Assembly: GCA_964510745.1 (NCBI GenBank)
Contig: CAZECB010000001.1
Location: 1 to 36,515, forward strand
Length of the DNA stretch: 36,515 nt
Source of the DNA: an uncultured Flavobacteriaceae bacterium
GTDB taxonomy: Bacteria > Bacteroidota > Bacteroidia > Flavobacteriales > Flavobacteriaceae
Direction: 5' to 3'
The position numbers and the translations under genes are program-made. This document shows, one piece after another, positions 8,242 through 16,722 of the stretch (position 1 is the first letter of the stretch; each line of letters opens with the position of its first letter). The notes under the pieces are model-generated. The model was not told where the DNA came from. It searched no databases and saw only the letters and a list, made by a program, of their open reading frames with translations.

Positions 8242-8847
8242 ATGAAACAATTTCTTCTTTTATTCTTAATAATTACAACATCATGTTCTTCGCAAGTGGA
8301 AATTGATAATATTACAGATATTCCTAAAATTCAAAAAGCAGATAAAACTCTAGCTAATGTATACCAACCACTTGACGGCACTTGGAAAGGTGTGTTTTTA
8401 GTTAAGCAAGATAACAACCCTGTTCAAAAACCAAATAATCTTCAAGATACAGCTGTTATGCTTAAATTTATTGAAGCTGCTAAAACAGTAAATACAATTA
8501 ATGTGACACAAGTCTACACATCAGAGAGCCCATATTTTCAAAGAGTTTCAATAACAGATTTTTATCCCGGCACAGGTAAAACTGAACAAAGTAAAGGAGT
8601 AAATAAAGTTCAAGATGGAAAGATGTGGTGTGTGGTACACAAACCTAATGATACAGTTATTCATGAAGGCAGCACTCCTAATTCTGAAACCATTGTCTGG
8701 CAAAGTAATAAATCTCAACGCATTGAATATTTTTATGAAACCGTCACCAAAGCGTATTACGAAATTATTGGTTACGGATATTACAATAATGACGACACTT
8801 CATTAAGTCCAAAACTTTGGTTTTATGGAAGGTATGAGCGTCAATAA
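8242..8847 (+). CDS. Hypothetical lipoprotein, probably co-transcribed with the trp operon
   Basis: MKQFLLLFLIITTSCSSQ lipoprotein signal; starts 4 nt after trpA; a terminator follows it. Confidence 0.75.
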   Translation: MKQFLLLFLIITTSCSSQVEIDNITDIPKIQKADKTLANVYQPLDGTWKGVFLVKQDNNPVQKPNNLQDTAVMLKFIEAAKTVNTINVTQVYTSESPYFQRVSITDFYPGTGKTEQSKGVNKVQDGKMWCVVHKPNDTVIHEGSTPNSETIVWQSNKSQRIEYFYETVTKAYYEIIGYGYYNNDDTSLSPKLWFYGRYERQ

Positions 8848-8862
8848 ATTCATATTAAATAT

Positions 8863-8905
8863 AAAAAAAGGGAGTGTTTTGTTTAAAACACTCCCTTTTC
8901 TTTTT
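8863..8905. terminator. Bidirectional intrinsic terminator
   Basis: 15-bp perfect stem AAAAGGGAGTGTTTT-gttt-AAAACACTCCCTTTT with A/T tails, between convergent genes. Confidence 0.9.
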
Positions 8906-8925
8906 AAAAGAATATTCTTAATATA

Positions 8926-9600
8926 TTATTTCATTTGAGCTAATAATTCGTCAATTGCCTTAGCCATAACTACCCCTAGTAATTTAACTGGCGAACCAAT
9001 TTGAGCCAAAATGTCTTTTCTTCTCCTCGTTTATATGTAGTAAATCCTATTCTATACAGAGTTCTAGTAAGTGCTTTAAAGGATCACCTACTTTACTTTT
9101 GTATCTTAATAGAGAGTTATAACTACTTTCGCTTGGTTGTTTTGGCATTTCACCACTATCATCATTTCTAGCTAAAATATTCCACGATGCATTTGCTACG
9201 TTTTTTATTTTATCTTCGGTAAAAATGTCAGATTTTTCTAAAGTAATATATGTACCAAAATAGTCTTTTGATTCTGCATTATCATCATACCCAGCTCCTT
9301 TAATCGGGTTTTTTATTTTTGAAGTATTGCCGGTGACACCATTCTTAATCCTAATTCTGGAGCAACAGCAGGAGCTCAAACAAAAATATAATAAAACTTT
9401 TTATCATCTTTCACTTCATCTTCAGAGTTTGGAGCTGCATGCCCTAAATAACTAACGATATCTGTGTAAGGAACTCTTTTGCTAACTGGTCTTATTTTTT
9501 TCTCAATAGAGCTACCAAAAGCTTTTAATTTTTGAACATTAACATTTCCTAATGCAAAGAATGTAAACAAGGTAATAATACTAAATTTCAGTAATTCCAT
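8926..9600 (-). pseudogene. LipL32-family protein pseudogene (one nonsense codon, about three frameshifts)
   Basis: Stitched reading PYTDIVSYLG...KKFYYIFV*APAVAPELGLRMVSP / DYFGTYITLEKS...YNSLLRYK / LYRIGFTTYKRGE / FLAQIGSPVKLLGVV...MK* resembles recalled LipL32 motifs (YYLYVWIPAV..EMGVRMISP, WFDTWIRVER, YNSLTRI, LYRISFTTYK.GE). Confidence 0.8.
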
Positions 9601-9835
9601 TTTTTTATTATTTAATAATTTGTGCTAAAGTAAATTCGATTTCTCCAACAGTCACCTCTGAAAAGATATGTGTTAGACTTGAATCTATATTTGATTACTT
9701 TTAAACTAAATTTGATTGAAAAAATAATTCTTAAAATGCCTCTTTATGTACTTTTAATTATAATTGTATTTACACCACTCTGCTTTTGATGCATAACATT
9801 AAAAATTGTTACTGTTTAGAAAAAAAATAAAAAAA

Positions 9836-9865
9836 CTGTAATTATAAATCGCTTACCTTAACATA
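9836..9865 (+). promoter_or_regulatory. Putative ECF promoter type 1 (autoregulatory)
   Basis: CTGTAATT-N15-TAACATA, 25 nt before ECF sigma 1; the same motif and spacing recur at 12506. Confidence 0.7.
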
Positions 9866-9890
9866 CATACTAAACTAGTAAGGCATTAAC

Positions 9891-10388
9891 TTGGATAGCA
9901 AGCAACAAGAACAATTATTTATACAACAAGTCACAGAATCACAAGGCATAATACACAAGATATGCCGAATGTATTGTAATGATAATGAGCATCGTAAAGA
10001 CTTGTTTCAAGAAATTTTGATTCAATTATGGAAATCGTATGGGTCGTTTCGAGGGGATTCAAAATTTTCGACTTGGATGTATCGTGTAGCGCTTAATGTA
10101 GCTATTCAAGATTTAAGGAACGTAAAAAAGAAGCAGTCTTTGTTTTCATCAACAGAAAAGTTTAAAGAGGTTTCAGAAGAAAATAATAACTCTATAGATA
10201 ATGATAATTTAAAACTGATGTATGAGGCGATTTCAAATTTAAATAAAATAGAGAAAGCAATAATGATGTTGTATTTTGATAATAAATCGAACGAAGACAT
10301 TGCAGGTATTATTGGGATTACTCAAAACTATGTGCGCGTAAAAATGAATCGTATTAAAGTAAAATTAAAAAAAACATTAAATCATTAA
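9891..10388 (+). CDS. ECF sigma-70 factor 1
   Basis: DLFQEILIQLWKS...FRGDSKFSTWMYRVALN (region 2), EDIAGIIGITQNYVRVKMNRIK (region 4); TTG start. Confidence 0.95.
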   Translation: MDSKQQEQLFIQQVTESQGIIHKICRMYCNDNEHRKDLFQEILIQLWKSYGSFRGDSKFSTWMYRVALNVAIQDLRNVKKKQSLFSSTEKFKEVSEENNNSIDNDNLKLMYEAISNLNKIEKAIMMLYFDNKSNEDIAGIIGITQNYVRVKMNRIKVKLKKTLNH

Positions 10389-10392
10389 ATCA

Positions 10393-11058
10393 ATGGAACT
10401 ACAAGAATTAAAATCGGTTTGGACCAAGGTTGTTGATGAAGAACACACCAAGTATGAGTTTGATCAAAATAAAGTACAAAAAATGATTCAAAAAAAATCA
10501 AATACTATTTTAGCCAAAATAGAACGTCAATTAAAATATAAGCGCCGTTTTTGTGGTATTATCGGTAGTTTTGCTATTCTACTATCACCTGTCCATTTTT
10601 TTTCAAAAGAAGGTTCTATTAATATATTTGGTAATGTACTTTCTTCCCTTGAAATATTTAGCATTACGCTATTATTTGGTCTAGCCCTTATTATTTTATA
10701 CATCCATTTGAATTTGAGTTACAAAAAAATAAAAACGCAAAGAGTTACTTCAGAAAGTTTAAAAATCACTTTAAAAAAAGTGAATAATCTTTTAAATAGA
10801 GTAATGAATCTAACCATTATTTTAGATACCACTATTGTCCCTTGTGTTGCATTTTTAATATTATACAGACTGTTCTTTAAAGACCAGTTTTTTGTATTTG
10901 ACGGTAGAGTATTATACATTGTATTAGGTACGACAATTACTTTTTTGTTTATCCGATATGTATCAAAACGCCAACAAGAAGAACGTCTTGGTGCTTTTAT
11001 TAATAATCTTAAAGACTGTATCTCAGACATCGATGCTTTGGGTGATCCAAAAAAATAA
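10393..11058 (+). CDS. Putative membrane anti-sigma factor 1 (about 4 TM)
   Basis: Directly follows the ECF gene; N-terminal MELQELKSVW helix, then four hydrophobic segments. Confidence 0.75.
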   Translation: MELQELKSVWTKVVDEEHTKYEFDQNKVQKMIQKKSNTILAKIERQLKYKRRFCGIIGSFAILLSPVHFFSKEGSINIFGNVLSSLEIFSITLLFGLALIILYIHLNLSYKKIKTQRVTSESLKITLKKVNNLLNRVMNLTIILDTTIVPCVAFLILYRLFFKDQFFVFDGRVLYIVLGTTITFLFIRYVSKRQQEERLGAFINNLKDCISDIDALGDPKK

Positions 11059-11067
11059 AAATCTTTT

Positions 11068-11097
11068 TGTCATATTTTCGTAATTTCTGTCACTAAA
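11068..11097 (+). promoter_or_regulatory. Putative ECF promoter type 2 (autoregulatory)
   Basis: TGTCATA-N13-TGTCACTAAA, 23 nt before ECF sigma 2; recurs at 12260 and 30335. Confidence 0.75.
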
Positions 11098-11120
11098 CAA
11101 GAAAGAAGCAAAAAAAGCAC

Positions 11121-11618
11121 GTGCAACAACTCAATTTCAAAGAAGTACTCGAATCTAATAAAGAAACCATCTATCGCATTTGTAGGATATATGCTATATC
11201 GCCTATAGAGCCACAAGATTTGTTTCAGGAAGTGGTATATCAAATATGGAAATCATTGCCTTCATTTAAAGGAAAATCCAGTATTGATACTTGGGTATAT
11301 TGTATTGCGCTAAATGTTTGTATGCGCTCAAAATTAAAGTTAGAAAAAAAACGAGAAAAAACAATTCGGTTTGATGCTATTCAGTTTAAAGCAAGTGACA
11401 ATACTTTAAATGAAGATGATGACGAAAAATACAAATTTTTAAAAACTTGCATTGCTATGTTGAATGAAAGTGATACTTCTATTATCGTATTGTATTTAGA
11501 AGATATCTCATATAAACAAATAGCAGAAATAACAGGGTTGACAGAAAATCATGTTGCTGTAAAAATGAAACGCATTCGAAAAAAATTGTTTGAATGTATT
11601 AATCCTAAATTAAACTAA
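11121..11618 (+). CDS. ECF sigma-70 factor 2
   Basis: QDLFQEVVYQIWKSLPSFKGKSSIDTWVY.IALN; SYKQIAEITGLTENHVAVKMKRIR; GTG start. Confidence 0.95.
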   Translation: MQQLNFKEVLESNKETIYRICRIYAISPIEPQDLFQEVVYQIWKSLPSFKGKSSIDTWVYCIALNVCMRSKLKLEKKREKTIRFDAIQFKASDNTLNEDDDEKYKFLKTCIAMLNESDTSIIVLYLEDISYKQIAEITGLTENHVAVKMKRIRKKLFECINPKLN

Positions 11619-11619
11619 G

Positions 11620-12252
11620 ATGGGAGAACAGGAATTAAAGAATATCTGGAAAACCTCTTCTAAAACTGAAGATATTTTGATTGACATTAATAAGTTAATG
11701 AACAATTTTAAATATAAAATGGAAAATAGAGAGCGTATTGTACGAAGACGCGACCTTAGAGAAACCATTGCAGCAATTATTGCAGTTGCTTTGTATACTG
11801 CTGTTGTTATAAAAATACCTTTTTCAGTATCTAGTATTGGCGCTTTTTTAATGATATTATCTATGATTAATATTGTAGTTAGACTATATAATAAACGTAA
11901 AAGTAAATTTACACAGAATCTCTTTTCGCCTATCAAAGAACAATTTATACAACAAAAGACTTTTATGCTAGGTCAAGCAAAGTTATTAAGAAATGTCCAT
12001 TGGTTATTCTTGCCTCTTTTTATAAGTTATATGATTTTTGAATGGGGTGATTTTGCTATCAATACAGTTGACAATTCATTAGTAGAATTTATGCTGGTAA
12101 AAAAACCTATAGCAAAAATAATTACCACTATACTTATGGTTATATTTTGCATTTATGCAATTATACAAAATAAGCGTGCCGCAAAAGTTAATTGGGAGCC
12201 CTTAATTAAAGATATCGATGCTATTATTAAAAACTTAGATAAAGAAAAATAG
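11620..12252 (+). CDS. Putative membrane anti-sigma factor 2 (about 4 TM)
   Basis: 1 nt after sigma 2; MGEQELKNIW N-terminus parallels anti-sigma 1; four hydrophobic segments. Confidence 0.75.
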   Translation: MGEQELKNIWKTSSKTEDILIDINKLMNNFKYKMENRERIVRRRDLRETIAAIIAVALYTAVVIKIPFSVSSIGAFLMILSMINIVVRLYNKRKSKFTQNLFSPIKEQFIQQKTFMLGQAKLLRNVHWLFLPLFISYMIFEWGDFAINTVDNSLVEFMLVKKPIAKIITTILMVIFCIYAIIQNKRAAKVNWEPLIKDIDAIIKNLDKEK

Positions 12253-12259
12253 ATACTTC

Positions 12260-12289
12260 TGTCATATTTTTAAAACGCTTGTCACTAAA
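12260..12289 (+). promoter_or_regulatory. ECF promoter type 2, second copy
   Basis: TGTCATA-tttttaaaacgct-TGTCACTAAA. Confidence 0.75.
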
Positions 12290-12317
12290 TAGATAGAAAC
12301 TCAAAACAAGCGTTATT

Positions 12318-12497
12318 ATGTTTAAAAAAAATACATCTATCATTTTAAAATTCGTAGGGATATGTATTATGCTTATTGCATTTTTCATAGTGCCAGATTC
12401 TAAACCTTGGTATTACGAAGTACTACTATTTGATGTTGGATTAATCATTACTATAATTCCAAAATTTCCAAAACTCAAAAAAAATTCTCGGAAATGA
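12318..12497 (+). CDS. Unannotated 59-aa two-TM membrane protein
   Basis: MFKKNTSIILKFVGICIMLIAFFIVPDSKPWYYEVLLFDVGLIITIIPKFPKLKKNSRK*; two hydrophobic helices with basic ends; has its own type-2 promoter; below the ORF-track cutoff. Confidence 0.7.
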   Translation: MFKKNTSIILKFVGICIMLIAFFIVPDSKPWYYEVLLFDVGLIITIIPKFPKLKKNSRK

Positions 12498-12505
12498 AAT
12501 TGAAC

Positions 12506-12535
12506 CTGTAATTCTTTGCTTCACTTTCTAACATA
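12506..12535 (+). promoter_or_regulatory. ECF promoter type 1, second copy
   Basis: CTGTAATT-ctttgcttcactttc-TAACATA. Confidence 0.7.
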
Positions 12536-12564
12536 TAATATAAACACATAAAATTCAAATAAAA

Positions 12565-13866
12565 ATGAAGAATAAAAAACACTTAAAAATTATAGATATA
12601 ATAGGTATTGTTCTAATATTAATTGGAACAGGTATGGTTTTTGTTGCTAATGATTCACCTTATCATAGTATCTTTCAATTAGTCCTTGCTTTTGGATTAG
12701 TAGTTAATATTTTCTCTTGGAGAATAAGAAAGCAAGCAATAAAAAGCTCGATTAAAAATAAGACTCTAATTCTAGCCTTGTTTTTCTCATCATTTGGTGT
12801 AATGGCTCAAGATTATTCGAAACAAATCGAAGCTTTTACTAAAAGTTTTGCTGATAAAAATACCAAAGCTCTAGCGCCTTATATGAGTGCTAGTTTACAG
12901 TTTGGAAAAATACCCGCTGCTAATACATCTGCTATTATGAAGAATATCGTGACAAATCTTCCAAAATTAAATAGTATGGCTATTATAGAAAGTGAAGAAA
13001 GAAAAGCAAAAGTAGCGTATGATTTTGTTGGGTTTGGAAAAAGTGAATCCTTCATTCATTTTGATGCTGAAGGAAAAATAATAAAGATACAATTGGTAGA
13101 AGATTTAATCAATCAAGAAGCCGAAGCTCGTAGGCAACAAAAAGTACCTTTACCTACGCCTGGAGCATTAGGAAATAAATATAGTTCAACACAAGTTGAA
13201 TTTCCTGCAAGAGATGGACTCGTTATTAGTGGAAACCTTTATGAAATTGATAAAAACAAATCTATTATTCTGCTAATGCATCAAGCAGGCTATAACCGTA
13301 TGGAATATGCCGATATAGCACCTAAGTTAAACGAATTAGGATACAATTGTTTAGCAATAGATTTACGTTCTGGCGGATTCTTTGCAGGAAAACCAAATAA
13401 CACCAATACCCGAGCTATTGAAAAAGGCTTACAGCCCGAGATGATAGATGCGCAACAAGATGTTGCTACTGCAATAGATTATTTACATAATAAGTACAAT
13501 CAAAACATTATTGTTTTGGGAAGTTCTTTTTCATCTAGTTTAGCACTCTTAGAAGGATACAATAATTCTAAAGTAAAAGCTATTATAGGTTTTAGTCCTG
13601 GAGATTATTTTGGAGATATAATGCCTTCATTGTCTAGTGTGTTCTCAAAAACAGAAAAGCCATATTTAGTGACTTCTTCTAAGACAGAATCTGAAACTTT
13701 AAAAGTTTTAATAGGTAATTCTCAGTTAAAAGAAAACCAACTGCAATTTATTCCTACATCTAACGGATTTCACGGGTCAAGAGCACTTTGGGAAGGTCAA
13801 GAGGGTGCAGAAGAATATTGGCAAGCGGTTAAAACGTTTTTAATAACCATAAAAAAGAACATTTAA
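12565..13866 (+). CDS. Alpha/beta hydrolase with an N-terminal 2-TM module and an internal signal-like segment
   Basis: LLMHQAG, GYNCLAIDLR..G, nucleophile elbow GSSFS, C-terminal FHGS histidine. Confidence 0.85.
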   Translation: MKNKKHLKIIDIIGIVLILIGTGMVFVANDSPYHSIFQLVLAFGLVVNIFSWRIRKQAIKSSIKNKTLILALFFSSFGVMAQDYSKQIEAFTKSFADKNTKALAPYMSASLQFGKIPAANTSAIMKNIVTNLPKLNSMAIIESEERKAKVAYDFVGFGKSESFIHFDAEGKIIKIQLVEDLINQEAEARRQQKVPLPTPGALGNKYSSTQVEFPARDGLVISGNLYEIDKNKSIILLMHQAGYNRMEYADIAPKLNELGYNCLAIDLRSGGFFAGKPNNTNTRAIEKGLQPEMIDAQQDVATAIDYLHNKYNQNIIVLGSSFSSSLALLEGYNNSKVKAIIGFSPGDYFGDIMPSLSSVFSKTEKPYLVTSSKTESETLKVLIGNSQLKENQLQFIPTSNGFHGSRALWEGQEGAEEYWQAVKTFLITIKKNI

Positions 13867-14019
13867 ATCTTTAGAAGAAGTATACAATTCTATGGTGAAG
13901 CATCTATAAATAGTGTCCATACCTTTTTTGCTAGCTTTCATAACATGAATAGATAACTTGGTCACTTTGTAACTAATCGTCATGAATAAAAAATTAACTT
14001 TAATAAAAAACTAAAAACT

Positions 14020-14520
14020 ATGAGAAAAGTAACTTTATCATTAATATTAATTACATCAATATTTTTTTCTTGTAATGATGAAAATGATTCCATACAAGAC
14101 ATCGATAACTTAGATGGGATAAATATTGAGATTAATGCAGAAAGGTTTGAAATATTTTCAGGAGAATGGATTTTACTTGATATTACCTCAAACTCTGGCA
14201 CTAAATTAATACCACCTGCTTTAGTAAATATTAGTTTTTCCATTGAGGAAAATGATTCTATTATCAACTATAATTTAGATGGCACCTCTACCTGCAATTT
14301 ATACGGAGGAGAACTTCTTTCATTAAATAACAGTAAAATTTCTTTTGAACAACTATATAGTACAGAGATGTTATGCGAAGAAGATTTAAACACTTTTGAA
14401 ATAAAATATTTTGAATATTTATTTAAATCTGATGCCTATTTGATTAATGGAGATACGCTTACATTGTCAAGTGATGATAAAGTTATGATTAATTTTCAGA
14501 AGCAGAATAATGAAAATTAA
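14020..14520 (+). CDS. META (HslJ-like) domain lipoprotein
   Basis: Lipobox FFSC; GEWIL, GTSTCNLYGG, STEMLC, FE..Y, GDTLTL. Confidence 0.85.
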   Translation: MRKVTLSLILITSIFFSCNDENDSIQDIDNLDGINIEINAERFEIFSGEWILLDITSNSGTKLIPPALVNISFSIEENDSIINYNLDGTSTCNLYGGELLSLNNSKISFEQLYSTEMLCEEDLNTFEIKYFEYLFKSDAYLINGDTLTLSSDDKVMINFQKQNNEN

Positions 14521-14581
14521 TTGAATACTTATCCACAGCTATTATGTCACAAATAAATCTACAGATTAGAAAAAATCTAGA

Positions 14582-14610
14582 TGTAATTTAAGGCTGTCTG
14601 AAATAATACA
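14582..14610 (+). promoter_or_regulatory. Possible third ECF type-1 promoter
   Basis: TGTAATT-N15-TAATACA upstream of the PD40 gene, but 120 nt from its ATG. Confidence 0.45.
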
Positions 14611-14730
14611 TAACTATATTATAGAAACATTGAGATTTCCAAATCTTGGTTGGCATACATATACAATTTCGATAAAGAAATATGAAGTATATCTAATTGT
14701 TGACAGATATATAAACAAGATAGAAATAGT

Positions 14731-15660
14731 ATGAAAATAACTAAATTATTAATCCTTGCATTTGTATTATTATTAAGCGCTTGCAATACTAAAAAACAGA
14801 ACACAAAAAATAGTGAATCATCGGTAATAGTAAACCCTTACCTTGGTCAAAAACCACCGGGATTAATTCCTATAGCTTTCGCTCCCAATATGGTTACAAC
14901 TGCAGACTGGGAGTATGGGGGAGCTTTTACACAAGACCTTAAAGAGTTTTACTTTATTAGAGACGTAAGAGAAAATGAGGGAAGTAGAAAACAAGAATTT
15001 GTACTTTATCAATTTAAAAATAACAAATGGCAAGATTCTGTCATATCACCTAGAGTAGGAGCTCCCTTTATATCTCCCGATGGTAAAAGAATGCATTTAG
15101 GTAAAAGATATAAGGAATATACCGATACTGGAGACTGGTCAGAAATTAAAAAACTTGGGCCTCCTTTTGACAGTTTACCGATTATGCGTCTTACAGCTTC
15201 TTCTAAAGGCACCTATTTTTTTGATGAATTCAAACGTGACTTCACTGGTGATATTCGTTATTCACGAATTGTAGATGGCCAATATGAAGAGCCAAAACTG
15301 CTTCCTAAAAATATTAATGACGGAAAGAGTTTTCATCCTTTTATTGCACCAGATGAATCCTACTTACTATTTGATGGTAAAAGAGAAGGTGGATACGGTG
15401 ATTCAGATATCTATATTAGTTTTCGTCAGCAAAATGGTTCTTGGGGTAATCCTATTAATTTAGGTGATAAAATAAATACTAAAGATTGGGAAGCATCTGC
15501 TAGCGTAACACCAGATGGCAAATATCTTTTCTTTAATAGAAATATGGGTTCTGATAAGTATGAAAATGTAGATATTTTTTGGGTAAGCAGTCAGGTTATA
15601 GAAGAACTAAGACCAAAACATAATAATTCTTCAGACGCTGTGAAAATAGTGTCATTATAA
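14731..15660 (+). CDS. PD40 (WD40-like, TolB-type) beta-propeller lipoprotein
   Basis: Lipobox LSAC; YLGQKPPG; repeats [31 protein letters not shown]; [11 protein letters not shown]. Confidence 0.85.
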   Translation: MKITKLLILAFVLLLSACNTKKQNTKNSESSVIVNPYLGQKPPGLIPIAFAPNMVTTADWEYGGAFTQDLKEFYFIRDVRENEGSRKQEFVLYQFKNNKWQDSVISPRVGAPFISPDGKRMHLGKRYKEYTDTGDWSEIKKLGPPFDSLPIMRLTASSKGTYFFDEFKRDFTGDIRYSRIVDGQYEEPKLLPKNINDGKSFHPFIAPDESYLLFDGKREGGYGDSDIYISFRQQNGSWGNPINLGDKINTKDWEASASVTPDGKYLFFNRNMGSDKYENVDIFWVSSQVIEELRPKHNNSSDAVKIVSL

Positions 15661-15819
15661 ACATCCCATTTTTTACACCTTTTGTAACATTAATTCATAC
15701 GCTCATAACAAAGTGACATTAGGGCAGTAGCAAAATATAAGTTGCCTCGTCCGAAATGTATGAACACCGTAGAATTGATCTCATAAAAGGCATTAATTCA
15801 ATCAAAAAAATACATTTTA

Positions 15820-16704
15820 ATGAGTACACTTAAAATTAACAATCTATCAAAAACATATACAAATGGTGTAAAAGCCCTAGATAATGTATCTATAGAACTA
15901 CATAACGGAATGTTTGGTCTTTTAGGTCCAAATGGTGCTGGCAAATCCTCGCTTATGCGTACACTTGCCGCATTACAGGAAGCAGATTCAGGAAGTGCTT
16001 CTTTGAACGATATAGATATCTTAAACCAGCCTATGGAATTGCGTAAAGTTTTAGGCTATTTACCGCAAGAATTTGGTGTATATCCTAGAATTACAGCTCA
16101 AAAACTACTCAATCATATTGCAATATTAAAAGGAGTTATAAACGCTTCTGAACGAAAAAATTTGGTTGGGTATTTATTGGATAAAGTAAACTTATATGAT
16201 AAGCGCAATAAGAATGTAAAAGGATTTTCGGGAGGAATGAAACAACGTATTGGTATTGCCCAGGCATTGATAGGCAATCCTAAACTAATTATTGTTGACG
16301 AACCTACAGCTGGCCTAGATCCAGGAGAACGTAATCGTTTTTACAATTTATTGGCTGATGTTAGCAGCGATGTCATCGTTATTCTATCTACGCATATTGT
16401 AGATGATGTTCGCGAGCTGTGTACTAAAATGGCTATTATGAACTTAGGGCAGGTAATTTATCACGGTGAACCACAAGCGGCGATGGATGATTTAACAGGA
16501 AAAGTATATCAAAAAATAATTGATCGCGAAGAACTTAAAGAATATGCTCAACAGTACAACATCATCTCCAATAAAATGGTTGCTGGCCAGCCTTACATCC
16601 ATGTCTATAGCGAGCAACATCCTCAAAATGGTTTTGAGCCAGTGTCCCCTAACCTAGAAGATGTTTTCTTTTCAAAAATCAATACGGAAAACGTACTTGT
16701 TTAA
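15820..16704 (+). CDS. ABC transporter ATP-binding protein
   Basis: Walker A GPNGAGKS, signature FSGGMKQR, Walker B IIVDEP, H-loop STH. Confidence 0.96.
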   Translation: MSTLKINNLSKTYTNGVKALDNVSIELHNGMFGLLGPNGAGKSSLMRTLAALQEADSGSASLNDIDILNQPMELRKVLGYLPQEFGVYPRITAQKLLNHIAILKGVINASERKNLVGYLLDKVNLYDKRNKNVKGFSGGMKQRIGIAQALIGNPKLIIVDEPTAGLDPGERNRFYNLLADVSSDVIVILSTHIVDDVRELCTKMAIMNLGQVIYHGEPQAAMDDLTGKVYQKIIDREELKEYAQQYNIISNKMVAGQPYIHVYSEQHPQNGFEPVSPNLEDVFFSKINTENVLV

Positions 16705-16722
16705 CCTTTATAAAATACTAGT

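Noticed and set aside
9376-9378. TGA at a conserved Trp position, suggesting recoding (genetic code 4) or readthrough
   Set aside because: TGA is a normal stop in tlpA, trpG and trpC, and the same gene also has frameshifts, so ordinary decay explains it.
15683-15790. TGTAACA-N16-TAACAAA and a slightly GC-richer stretch upstream of the ABC ATPase (ECF promoter or riboswitch?)
   Set aside because: Spacing and boxes deviate from motif 1, and I could not identify a convincing structure or known riboswitch consensus.
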